NCBI RefSeq assembly: GCF_947568905.1
Contig: NC_079164.1
Span: 16,492,001-16,556,000, forward strand
Source: Ostrea edulis
Lineage: Eukaryota
Length of the DNA: 64,000 nt
Direction: 5' to 3'
Shown: positions 8,340-18,756 of the stretch, piece by piece
Layout of the letters: each line of letters opens with the position of its first letter
Numbering within the stretch: the first letter of the stretch is position 1
The notes under the pieces: model-generated
The model's database searches: none
Told to the model about the DNA's origin: nothing
The model's input: only the letters and a program-made list of their open reading frames with translations
Translations under genes and position numbers: made by a program

Positions 8340-8501
8340 TCAGGGCCTTACCCGCTTTTTATACTTTTTGCGACCCCTCTTTTTTCTTTTCATGCCTTTG
8401 CCTCCTTGGATGGCTCCGGCTATGGCAGTAGCAAGCATGGGAAGGAGAATGGTGAATAATTCGTGTCCTTTCTGTCGTCTGACTCCGCGATGATACTTCA
8501 T
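8340..8501 (-). CDS. Small basic protein with hydrophobic segment, adenovirus pX/mu-like (53 aa, below track cutoff)
   Basis: MKYHRGVRRQKGHELFTILLPMLATAIAGAIQGGKGMKRKKRGRKKYKKRVRP*. It fills the gap between penton and the core-protein gene exactly. Confidence 0.6.
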   Translation of the reverse strand: MKYHRGVRRQKGHELFTILLPMLATAIAGAIQGGKGMKRKKRGRKKYKKRVRP

Positions 8502-8520
8502 CGTCACACGACTTTTCTCT

Positions 8521-9503
8521 TCAATACACTTTTCGGAAATGAAGTTTCACGATCGTTCTTCCATTTAAAAAGGGCATGACACTACCCAAAGAGGTCATGA
8601 TGTGAATATCGATGATATCGAAATGTTTTTACTCAGTTTCAAATATTCTGCTCTGGTAGGTTCCCATTTGGCTTGTTGTCTATCGTCTTGATGAAAGGTA
8701 CAAGGAACCACTCTTAATCATTTCAATTCGTTGGACCCCACCACCTGAGGATCCACCACATCGCAATACACGTACATGGATTTCAGATTTTCGTACAAAT
8801 CCATGGTATGACTAGCTAAGTAAGTCACGTTCAACCACGTAGTCATGGGTTCATTGGGAATGATGAGTTTCTCACTCCCTATTCCGAGTTTGTAAGCTAA
8901 GACAGTGGGAAACGGATGGCTAAGGCTGTTTTTTTTAAGTAAACTACCATTAAACTGATACATGACTCGATCATATTTCTCGAAGTACACTAATTTCATA
9001 GAATTCTGTTCTCGCGGATCACCGAGTGTTTTCCATATCTTTTTGAATGTTCTGTGCAAGGCTTCATTGATTTCATCGATTAAAGCCGTGGAATGAATGT
9101 AAGCCCCAGGTCTAAAGTGAATTCGGTAAATAGTCATCGTAGCATTGAGTGGAATGACATCAGCCCAATGGGTATGGGTCCAATCAACCACTACAGCACA
9201 GTGATATAAAGGGATCGAGTTTTTTTTGGTCAGTGTAAATCGCCCCCATTTAAACATATCTGGATTTTTAACATGTTTGGCGTAAGCTGTAGGGATAAGG
9301 ATGTCAAAATAAGCCTCTTCCTCTGTAATGTTTTTCAAGGCATTGGTATACATCATTTCGGTTAGCCCTACTTCCCATTCTCCGTCCGTTAAATCCAGGG
9401 TTTGTGGTAATAAGGTTTTAAATTGAGCAGCCGTATTATTTGGAAAAGCTTCCATAGACCCGTCACTGAGGAGAGTCATGTAAAACCCTTCTCGATGAGC
9501 CAT
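8521..9503 (-). pseudogene. Minor capsid protein (penton, Polinton PX) with premature stop at 8718
   Basis: N-terminal FYMTLLSDGSMEAFPNNTAAQFKT.LP...WEVGLTEM. The frame continues past TGA 8718 as LRVVP...FDIIDIHI..LG..MPFLNGRTIVKLHFRKVY* (8521), the typical penton C-terminus. Confidence 0.85.
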
Positions 9504-9618
9504 GATGATTCAAATGATGACCATGTCTCCGTTCCTTCTCTATTTATACTCATAACACAATGAACATTTTCATATTTTATTGAACATACAACATAATGTT
9601 AATACACAATTTTACATG

Positions 9619-10071
9619 TCATTCTTCTTGATCGCGGCCACCACCGCAACTCAACGATTGTAGAAAAGATTCTTCCAACTCCAGTGTTCCTCTCTCGACT
9701 AAACGGCATCGCATCATCAGATAGTGTCGGGTTCCCCAGCAATCGGCCACATCATACCCCTCCTGTAATCTGTCTTTGAAATGTCGGAGACAGTCCTTGG
9801 GATTGTCAAACCAAGGACTCTCAATCAATGTCCATTCCGATTCGTGTTGTCCGAAACATCCCCAATGGACTTTCACTTTCCAACGAAAATCTTGATACTT
9901 GGTCTTCATGATAAAGGCTGACCATCCATAAGGTATCAGTATACGTTTGTACAAGTACACAGGTTGATCTAACGCTTTGTGTTGTTTACAATGTCTCAAA
10001 CACATCTTCTTATCCGAAAACCATTCCGTTTTCTTTCCCTCCTGTTTCCATGCGTACTGTGTGTTAGCCAT
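9619..10071 (-). CDS. Uncharacterised Trp/Cys-rich protein with duplicated WF-x5-CLRH motif
   Basis: Intact 150 aa. EWFSDKKMCLRHCK and PWFDNPKDCLRHFK. Its ATG overlaps the stop of the upstream gene. Confidence 0.7.
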   Translation of the reverse strand: MANTQYAWKQEGKKTEWFSDKKMCLRHCKQHKALDQPVYLYKRILIPYGWSAFIMKTKYQDFRWKVKVHWGCFGQHESEWTLIESPWFDNPKDCLRHFKDRLQEGYDVADCWGTRHYLMMRCRLVERGTLELEESFLQSLSCGGGRDQEE

Positions 10072-10351
10072 GGTGAACTGGTGAATCTGAAGAAGATTGT
10101 TCCTGTTTTATACTCGGGCTCGCTAACGTCATTTGTGGACTAGGCATGACGTATCCTACGAGAGAACTTAATGTGACCATCCAAAAATCACGATTGGAAT
10201 CGCCTAAGGCTAACATCACGACCGAAGTAATAATGATTGTTAAACACAGGAATAATTGTGCAAAATACACAATTTCTGCTCGAGGGACTTTTTCACCCAA
10301 GAATTTCCATTGGACGGTCATGGCAGAATGAGATCCGCTTGCGGAATCCAT
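10064..10351 (-). CDS. Small two-helix membrane protein of Polinton-type elements
   Basis: Hydrophobic segments EIVYFAQLFLCLTIIITSVVMLAL and FWMVTLSSLVGYVMPSP. Overlaps the integrase 3' end. Confidence 0.7.
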   Translation of the reverse strand: MDSASGSHSAMTVQWKFLGEKVPRAEIVYFAQLFLCLTIIITSVVMLALGDSNRDFWMVTLSSLVGYVMPSPQMTLASPSIKQEQSSSDSPVHHG

Positions 10352-11409
10352 GAGTCAAAACTAGGGGGATATCCTTTCCAACGCACTTTGACTTCTGAAA
10401 TGACTTTTTTCCTCACACGGCGCTTTTTATACCCTAAGATCTCCTCCACTTCGTAGACATTGTCTTTTTTAATTACTGTTTGTAACTCTTTATCGTAAAA
10501 CGTTCCTTCTAATTCTTCTCCATGGTCGTCTTTAATTCGATATACGTTGCGTCCTGGAACTTTTCTGGAGATGGTAAACAATTCTGTAGTCCAATTCGGT
10601 AAATAGCCTTTTTCAAATGTACGTTTCGCTTTACTGATCCATACACGATCTCCCGCCTATAATGAAGAGGTCGATGATAGCCTCTGTTTTCCGTACAAGG
10701 TTTTCCATACTTTCAAGACGTTCTTGGCATTGACTTGAGTAGGAGCTCTCTGAATACTGCGATGATACGTGTGATTGTAACCGTGTACCAGATCGGGTTA
10801 GACATCCACATACCGTCGTGTTTTATGACGTGTAAAATAACGCCACATACGTGCTTTCAGTGTGCGTTGAAAACGCTCCACGATATTGGCTTTGGTTTCG
10901 GCATTACGCGTAGTAAAGAAATGAATGGATTTGAAGGCTTGAAGAAATTCTTTATTTGTGAATTCTCTCCCTTGATCCGATTGAATGCGAACGGGGCGGC
11001 GTCCGTCTCGAAATATCCATTTGAGGCCTCGTATCATTTCTTTTCCCGTTTTCTGTTTTAAAGGCACCACCCAAGCATTTTTCGACAACACGTCAATCAC
11101 ACACAATAAAAACGTATACCCATCATTGTATTTTTTCAAGTTCGAGACGTCTGCTAAATCTAACTGCCATTGTTCGTCTATATCCACCACTCGCGTCTGT
11201 TGTCTTTTAAATTTCCGACGTATGGGCTTATGTAGGGTAAACGTATCCTGTTCTTTGAACCATTCTCGAATTTCAGCAAGAATAATCTTATGACCTAATT
11301 TACGCACTTGACGGTATAAAGCCTGTACTCCTCCATACCCCGTCTTAGGGTCGTAATAAAGTCGCTGTAAGATCTGATTCGTAGATTTTTTCATGGTAGG
11401 GTTAACCAT
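10318..11409 (-). pseudogene. Retroviral-type (c-integrase) DDE integrase with C-terminal chromodomain, two in-frame stops
   Basis: QWQLDLAD, IQSDQGREF, IVERFQRTLK (D,D,E). The same frame continues past TAA 10798 and a TAG near 10657 (GDRVWISK..FEKGYLPNWT) into YEVEEILGYK..VKVRWKGYPPSFDSWIP (chromodomain). Confidence 0.92.
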
Positions 11410-12161
11410 TTCGCAATTTCACGTGATGTCTTTTTACCAGTGTCCCTGATATTTTTAGGGGTCATCATTCGTCTGGGGGTTTCATAGAAAGATTGGTCAA
11501 AACCCGAGATTTCTTGAAATCCGCTCTCATCTTCATCTATAGGTTTAGGAGTACTGATTTTTCCGGGCTTGTCCATCGCTTTTACAACATCACGATTGGT
11601 CACATATCCTTTAGGGGCATTCGTTTCTTTTAAAGCTTGGGCAAATTGCTGTAACCCTGCAGGTGGTTCACGATGTTGCAAAGGTTTTTGTCTCTGGGAC
11701 TCGCTGATTAAATCCACGATATTGGAATCGGGGACCTTATGTCCTCTATAACTGATTTCTCCTTCTTTACTCCAAGTTAAGACTTTGGATTTCTTGAGAT
11801 GATCGAGTAATAAACCCGCTTTCTTTTGACCCGGTTTACTGACACTTTTGATAATCTGATCTTCTAATGCATTGGTATCTGCGGCTGTGGCACCCCCAGG
11901 AGTTGGTATTCCCACAGGCGGTGTCGGTGGCAAAGGTTTAGACGGAGTCTGTTGTCGTGCTTGTTGTAAATATTGTCGATACCGATGAAGTTGATGGCCA
12001 TACAAAGCTACTTTTTCTTCTGCGGTTAAATCATCTCGATGTTCGATGTCATCTAATTCACTGCGTAACTCCACGGTCGATTGAAATTCGGGAGGCTTAG
12101 GTAATTTTCCCTTCAACTCATTCAGCATGGCTTCGGGTACTAATACCATTTTACGACTCAT
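11391..12161 (-). CDS. Conserved Polinton protein of unknown function
   Basis: Intact 256 aa with KAGLLLDHLK..LTWSKEGEISYRG.KVPDSNIVDLI..PAGLQQFAQALKETNAP, a pattern I associate with a gene adjacent to the Maverick integrase. Overlaps both neighbours. Confidence 0.7.
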   Translation of the reverse strand: MSRKMVLVPEAMLNELKGKLPKPPEFQSTVELRSELDDIEHRDDLTAEEKVALYGHQLHRYRQYLQQARQQTPSKPLPPTPPVGIPTPGGATAADTNALEDQIIKSVSKPGQKKAGLLLDHLKKSKVLTWSKEGEISYRGHKVPDSNIVDLISESQRQKPLQHREPPAGLQQFAQALKETNAPKGYVTNRDVVKAMDKPGKISTPKPIDEDESGFQEISGFDQSFYETPRRMMTPKNIRDTGKKTSREIAKWLTLP

Positions 12162-12501
12162 CTTCTATTGAGATATTTGCAAATTTTGATAATTCCACAA
12201 ACAAATGAAGCCAAGCCCCCTTTCTGATTGAGTAACGCTCGTCGTTTTTTCACGGGTTGCGGCTGCACCATGCGTCTTAAAATGTGTTTCTTAGGACCAA
12301 GTTGTCGCTTCTGAGCGGGAGTGAGAGGAATCACCCCTTTTAATATATTGTACACGATCTCACAAATCTTAGAATGCAGTCATTGGAACAATATTTGATC
12401 ACCTCTCTCTTTAATTTGGAGGAATAATGAGGAGCAGCTAAGGTTTGCAAGAGGGGTAAATGAGGTCTTAATCGGGATTCACACTTCTTCGTATCAGCCA
12501 T
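12158..12501 (-). pseudogene. Small basic Polinton protein (N[IL]LKG.IPL...QKGG family), frameshifted near 12360
   Basis: MADTKKCESRLRPHLPLLQTL...CSNDCIL joins (V)YNILKGVIPLTPAQKRQL..KKRRALLNQKGGLASFV. TATAAAAAG lies 35 nt upstream. Confidence 0.65.
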
Positions 12502-12679
12502 AGTGTAATAATGAAGGTCTGTGCACATTCCTCCTGCTTTTTATAGTGTTACGCGCTCGGGTGTTGGGGATTGAAACGTCCGTGATGAACGGTCTCCTCG
12601 TGATGATCGCGACTACTTTTCAAATTATATTGCAGAGGACAATATTGACATTTGTATTTCTGCTTATGGGTCGATGTGC

Positions 12680-13443
12680 TTAAGGGAGTAAAATGCGCCA
12701 TTCCCCAAAGGCTTGACTAAAACTGGGTAAGGCTGTATCGGTGGTTCTGGAAGTTCCTATGGGTCCTCGCATGGCTCGTTCCATTTTCTTTTCAGCTAAT
12801 CCTTGTTTCAGTTCTGCTAAAGTCTTAGTTTTCCTGGGCGTGGTGATTTGAGGTGTTATATATTTCGAAAAAGGGATTTTCACGATGAGTTTAGGGGTCT
12901 TCTTCTTCTTAGGAAATTTAGCCATGCGCAAGAGATAAGGAGCCAGGACACTGGTTTTAGGGGCGGGGGTTTTTCGGTGAATGATGAGTTTCGGAACTTT
13001 CTTAGGAACTTTAGGAACTTTCTTTTTTCTTTTCTTAGCTAATGCTAAGAGGTAAGGGGGTAACACTCGTGTTTTCTTTTGCTTCACGACTCTCACCACA
13101 CTACGGGGATGTCTTTTACGTTTTTGTCCCGTTTCCCATTTGAACAAATGACGAATGATGGTCCCTCCTAAGAACCCAGCTCCACCCCGTTTCAAAATGG
13201 CTTTTTTACGATCTTCCTCATTCGCATTCTTATCGGCAATGACATTCAAGTCATGGCGATGTGCTTGAATGAAACGCCCCGTGAGTTTATTCACGGGTAA
13301 GACTCCTCGTAATAAATTTTTAGCGCCCATGGCAAACCAATTGAGTACGACTTTACGCCCTAATTCAATGAGACGGGATCCCGTTCCCGCTGTAAACGTC
13401 GTAACGTTTTCACTAATTTACTCTTGGCTGTAGGTCTACCCAT
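12680..13443 (-). pseudogene. Basic protein with N-terminal domain paralogous to 12158-12501 and Lys/Pro-rich tail, 5' frameshift near 13385
   Basis: ATG at 13443 (MGRPTAKSKLVKTL) shifts into ..AKNLLRGVLPVNKL..DRKKAILKRGGAGFLGG, then PKVPKKVPK/PKKKKTPK repeats. Confidence 0.6.
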
Positions 13444-13491
13444 GATGAAAGTTGTTTGTGAAATGAAATGAATAGTCATTTATAATGATAT

Positions 13492-14144
13492 TTATACTCT
13501 GGGTGACATGTGCACCGCTAAGGTAGAAAAGAGTTGACTTCTTAATCTTAAATCCTCGGGTGTCTGAGGACTTAAATCGACCAGTAAATACCCTTGAGGA
13601 ATACTGGTGGCTTCATCATACGCGGGTAATAAATGAGGCATTTGTAATTGACGACTTAATACCCCAATCTGAGATTTATCTCTAAGATTTTTAAACAACA
13701 CGAGATAGTGAGCATTCAGACTGATAGTACGATGTTGCACGGCCCGATCAAACAGATTTTGTGTGATATATATAACACTGGTATTACGATGATGCACTTT
13801 GCGCGTAAACCAATCTACAATAGATTCTATGGCTTTACCCCCATCATATCATCAAAAATGAGCAAATGCCGAGTACTGAGATCGGCGACTAATTTCTCAT
13901 CGTCTTGAGGAATGTTGTGAATGAATGTTACAGATTTTTGTAATGATTCGTGAGCCGGTTGCCATTCTCGATAACACCATACTATTTTTTCTGGTGGAGG
14001 TGATATCCACTGCGTATTTTGTACCAGTTGCTTCACAAATTCCGTTTTACCCGATTTAGAGGGACCCGCCACCACCATAGTAAATTCATGTTTCAATTGA
14101 AACGGAGCCAGTGTCTCGTAGGCATACATCTTGATAAATGACAC
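13492..14144 (-). pseudogene. A32/FtsK-like genome packaging ATPase, frameshifted near 13815-13830
   Basis: Walker A GPSKSGKT and Walker B LLIFDD. The second frame reads HHRNTSVIYITQNLF..RTISLNAHYLVLFKNLRD..GYLLVDL. Confidence 0.92.
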
Positions 14145-14169
14145 AAGTTCAAGGGATCATACATATTTA

Positions 14170-14697
14170 TTAACAAGTAAAAATACGAATCATTTCTACA
14201 AAAGAATCTCTACAAATAGGACCTTTTCTAAGTCCTACAGCACACATAGCAGAGGTACATAAATGACCACAAGGTAAAAAAGCAATTCTCAAGTCTCGTT
14301 CTAAACAAATGTGACATTTCTGGCTACACATCGGATTTCCTGCCGCGTCTAAGGGCAAGTCTCCCCAATCGCGATCACTGTCTTTGGCGCGGGCATAGGC
14401 ATTGAAGGCTTGTCGTACCCATTTGACACTTTTATTGCACAACACGTAAGCACAATGAGGGCTCCAATAGGCATGTTCTATCCAAGGATCGTCCCCGGGT
14501 TCCCAATGTTTGAGAGACAATGTGCAATGAAAACAACGCACATTATCATCCATTCCTTTGTAAAAGAATCCGGCTTCTGCAATGTTAGGTAATAAGTTCA
14601 ACAGAATATCGGGGGCATGTTGAAAAGATGCTAGACGATTCGATAATTCACCATAGGAAGGCACTGAAGGATTCTGTAGTGATCCGCATTTACTCAT
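14170..14697 (-). CDS. Intronless inhibitor-of-apoptosis protein (single BIR + degenerate RING)
   Basis: BIR: RLASF..AEAGFFY.G.DDNVRCFHC...WEPGDDPWIEHAYWSPHC. C-terminal CHICLERDLRIAFLPCGH, with two expected RING cysteines replaced (TSAMC, KGPIC). Confidence 0.9.
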   Translation of the reverse strand: MSKCGSLQNPSVPSYGELSNRLASFQHAPDILLNLLPNIAEAGFFYKGMDDNVRCFHCTLSLKHWEPGDDPWIEHAYWSPHCAYVLCNKSVKWVRQAFNAYARAKDSDRDWGDLPLDAAGNPMCSQKCHICLERDLRIAFLPCGHLCTSAMCAVGLRKGPICRDSFVEMIRIFTC

Positions 14698-14741
14698 TTT
14701 GCAGACTGATGTTTTTCTCAAGACGCGTTTCGTTTTTATGC

Positions 14742-17700
14742 CTAATATCCATAAGGTAGTGTGTTATAATGATGAACCCGCTGGTGTTTATCATACACCA
14801 TGCGATATTTTTTCACTAAGGGGATGGTGCGAACATCGTGCTGGCGCGTTCTCTGAATGAAGTGAGGATAACGCACATTGACTTCTTCTTCTTCTCCTTT
14901 TAACATTTTTTCTAAGGTAGCGAGCGAGACGATCCTAGAAGCCCGATAATTCAGAGTCAAACCTTTGACTTTGCACACAGATTTGCTTCCTTCGGTCTCG
15001 TATGCATAATTTTTAGGCCCTCCCGACATGTACTTGATGATACAATCTCCACTCAATTCATCGGTCCAGCCGCATAAACTGTTGACAATGGAAGGGCTAA
15101 ATTGGGTCTCGTCATGTTGATAGATAATACTATCCGTATCTAAATATAAGACGCGTTCCCCCAAAGGTTCTAACGTCTCGTACAAATGTAAACGAGCATG
15201 TACTGTGGTAAAACAAGCTAGTACTACGTTTCCAAAAGGACAGTCTTCCAGGAATTCTTCTTTCTCTTGATAATTGATTAGCATCATGTCAGTTTCCGGA
15301 TGATCTCGATTTTCTAGGAGCTCGATTCCTTTGATTTCTAAAGTGGCGTCTTTTATTTTTTGTTGTAATTCTTCTTCTTCGGTCAGATACTGGGTTTTCG
15401 GTAATTGTAATCTTTGAGCAAATTTTCCCCATAGACAATTTAAAAAGAGCTTAGCTATGGTTCTTCGGACAGGGTTTTTCTCGATATCTAAAAGATTCAT
15501 AAAGATACCTTGTCGTCGTCGGATCTCATCGATGTAGCCTTGTTTCTGTTCGCTCGTTTGACAATGATCGGGGAATCCGGAAGCTTCTTGTTTAATTTTT
15601 TTAAAAGTATCGATGTAAGATCGAAAAAAGTCCTGACTGGAGTTTTCAAAATGCCAGACTTCATAGATGCGGTCGAGACGATATCCTAAATCTAAGGCTT
15701 TGTGAAGTTCTGTAGTAACCCAGGTGCCAGTCAGACTGCGCTGTGAATCGGTGTGCTGGCATCGCTCGTCAGAGTCTAAGTTGCGATGTTCGGCACAGGT
15801 TCGGCATAAGGGAGAGAGTAATTTTCCCCCGTCTTATAGGGTAAGACGGGGTGATACAGACCTCGGGGTGAGAGGCGCGACAATGAATGAGGCCAAAGTA
15901 CTCTCTCAAATTCTTGAAATCGCTGGTGATGACTTGAGGATGTCCGGTGGGAAACGGTTTGTATTTCAGAACGTAAGGATACAGGGAACAAACATCTACG
16001 TATTGCATGTCTCCCTCATCGCAATACAAGCGAGTAGCATTGGTACGACCTCCATATAAGGCTTCCCGAGGATTTAAAGGATCCTGAATATTGACCTCTT
16101 GTATAAACGTTTGTAACTCGGTGTTGTTTTGAACTTGCTGGTCAAACTCGTGTTCCCATAGGCTCACGACTGTATACCCTTGTTCCTCTAAGGCTGTGGC
16201 TCGTTTCAATGTCTGCACGTGCAGGTCTTAATACGTATGCTGAACTCGATGAGGATGCATTTCCGTCAACAGATTCGGATAACAGATAGGACAGCCGTGC
16301 CAGTAACAGCCGTAGAATTCATAGACGATGCGCGATTCCTCATCATACCCGTCCACTGTATAGGGGCCTAAAGTGACTTCACCTCGATTTTTAGCATGGC
16401 GTATGGAATGGTGTTGATTCTCTAACCAGGATAGCCAACGGCAAGCCTTGGCCGAGTAGCGGCGCGAAGGTTGATATCCCATATTAGGAATAATGGCAAT
16501 GGTGTCCGGTGGCATGAATCCTCGTCGATAGGCTAAATTAGCCGTGCTCGCAAAAGTAATCGATTCCTGAAATGGGTCAACGCGTACGAGACCATAGAGG
16601 GTAGACTTAAATTGCGCACAACACCGGCGCAAAATATCCACGTCCGAGATACAGTAAGCTAGAAATTCCTTCTGGAAATCAAACTCTTTTCCCTGCTGCT
16701 GATTGTACCAGGTATAGAAGACCTCGCGATTGGCTATCGACATGTCGTCAGGATTGTAGTAGTGCGCAGCTGGGATAGGACCCACGTAATTCTGGTTCTG
16801 TTCCGTGTTGAAAAAGTGGGGGAAATAGCCTTTTTTCAGTTCCGTTAATCCAAACGCAGAGGGCATCTTGGCAAGGGCAAAGGGTAGGAAATTGTAAGAA
16901 TCAATGAATCTTAAGCCGAATACACCCATGGATAAGATTTTACTCCCGTTGAGAATGACTGCGGGTTTGATACAGGCCGTGTGCACCAGATAGTTCAAGA
17001 TAAACTGCCCATCGTATCCCTTGAAATTGTGTGCAATGGCGGTAGTTTCATCGTGTTTGAGTGCAAAAGTACCCTTCTCGTCCGTCTCGGCCTGCAATAA
17101 CCAGTCCATAAACTGTTTTAAGGTGTCTGGTCCTTGAAATACGAAGCGGCGTTGCTCTCCAAATCCTTGACAGCGGTGACAGGGGATGTCGATATCTAAA
17201 CTGTCGCAATGCTGACACACGCGTTCTGCTACACATAAATTAGGGATGTGAATTCCGTTTTCCTGTGTACATTCGAAGTCGTAATAAATGTACATTTTCA
17301 AATCCTTGTTGCGTTTGGGCTTGGGTTTCTTTTGTACAAAGCAGCGATGTGGCATGGTGACGAGTTTCTTGCAGATGTGGCATCGTGTTTGACCTCCGCA
17401 GGCGTGCTGTTTTAATAACTGCTTGGACATCCATTTCTGACACTGGTCACAACGTCCCATTAAACTGCAGACGGTTGTCGTAGTATTGGTACTGTAGGGT
17501 TTCAAGTGGGTCTGGTAACACGTAGCATTTCTGAAAAAAAAAACTTACAATTCGTATGGGTACCGTCCGGGGAACAGGGAGTATCGGCTAAACAAAACGA
17601 ACATCGATGAGGACAGACAGTACGATGCTCTTCGATGTGGCTATATCCTACATCACAATAATCGCAATAATATTGATTTTCCGTCACTCCCGGCATAGAT

Positions 17701-18698
17701 GTAATGGTATCGTAATGTTCGTTATCCAGCAGAATGTTCAAACAAACACCATGGCCCTGTCCTTTGGAGATGGGTTCTAACCTTAAACGCTGTGTGTTCG
17801 TCTTAAATTGAAATATTTTCAATCGATAATGAGGGCAAGTTCTCCCACTCCCGAGGGCCACAGGGTTCGTTGATTGGACATCCGGCTTGTTCCATGAGAG
17901 CTAAGGCCTGTCGTTTCTGGTCGAGAGCTTGTGTATCCCCTTTTCTCATGCTTTTCCATTTCTTCTCCCATTCGGGGTCGGAATGCTCGGGTTTTTGACT
18001 GTGAAGTCGCGCCACGACGATAGCTCGGGGTAGACACAGGGAATCCTCGGGGTTTTGAATTTGAACGATAGCTCTCTTGGAGATCTTAAATTTCTTTTTA
18101 TCGACTTGTAGATGTTTTGTAGAATTTCCCCGCTAACTTGCGGATATTTCACATGAAAAAAATCCAACTGTGTGGCTCCGTCTGTCATCAGGAACTCTTT
18201 TTTAGGTTGCTGTACGGCTTCTATCTTATTCAAAATTTTATCCTCGTTGAGATTCTTGGACTGTGTGAATTCCACCCAAATCTCGGAATCCAAAGACGGG
18301 TGTCGAATATTTAGCCGTACATAATCATTGGGGTTGCACTGCATTTCCCGTTTCACATTTTTGAACATATCTTTGAATAATCGCCGAATAAAGGAAGAAT
18401 CTGGAAGCTCTTTGAAAGTAACGTTGTACACATTTTGTTTCACTTTAAATTTCCTGGAATGGCGGCCTCTGTCGAGCTTGATTTGATAATATTCCGACAC
18501 TAACTGTCGTTTTTCTCTGTCTATCCCCCCTCCCCGCTGTAAAAATCTCACTCGTCGCCAGTTTTCTCTGCGGAGTTCTAATTCACGCTCTCGCTGTATG
18601 TGAAGTTGTTCCTCGAAAAATCTCAATCGCTGTTCAATATAATTGCGTGGGAGTCCATTTCTGTTATTCCGTAAGTCGTTGTGTATTCGCTCAGACAT
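14742..18698 (-). pseudogene. Protein-primed family B DNA polymerase with N-terminal vOTU-like/terminal-protein region, multiply frameshifted
   Basis: Exo I YDFECTQ, Exo II HNFKGYDGQF, Exo III YCISDVDIL; Pol motifs DVCSLYP, KLFLNCLWGKF, YLDTDS, GPKNY, KVKG. Inserted VDGY..YEFYGCYWHGC..VVSLWEHEF nuclease-like domain. EDSLCLPRAIV (about 18020) and NEHYDTI (about 17715). Split over at least six frames. Confidence 0.95.
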
Positions 18699-18727
18699 GC
18701 TGATGAAAGTGACAACGCGAATTGTGT

Positions 18728-18756
18728 ATTGCGTTTATATACTTATTGTGACGTCA
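18728..18756 (-). promoter_or_regulatory. Putative pPolB promoter (CRE palindrome TGACGTCA plus TATATAAA)
   Basis: The minus strand reads TGACGTCA-CAATAAG-TATATAAA about 35-55 nt upstream of the ATG at 18698. Confidence 0.5.

Noticed and set aside
8332-8347. Third histone stem-loop-like 16-mer GACCCC-TTTC-AGGGCC
   Set aside because: Two stem pairs are broken, there is no ACCCA or HDE, and it is antisense to the local genes, overlapping a stop codon.
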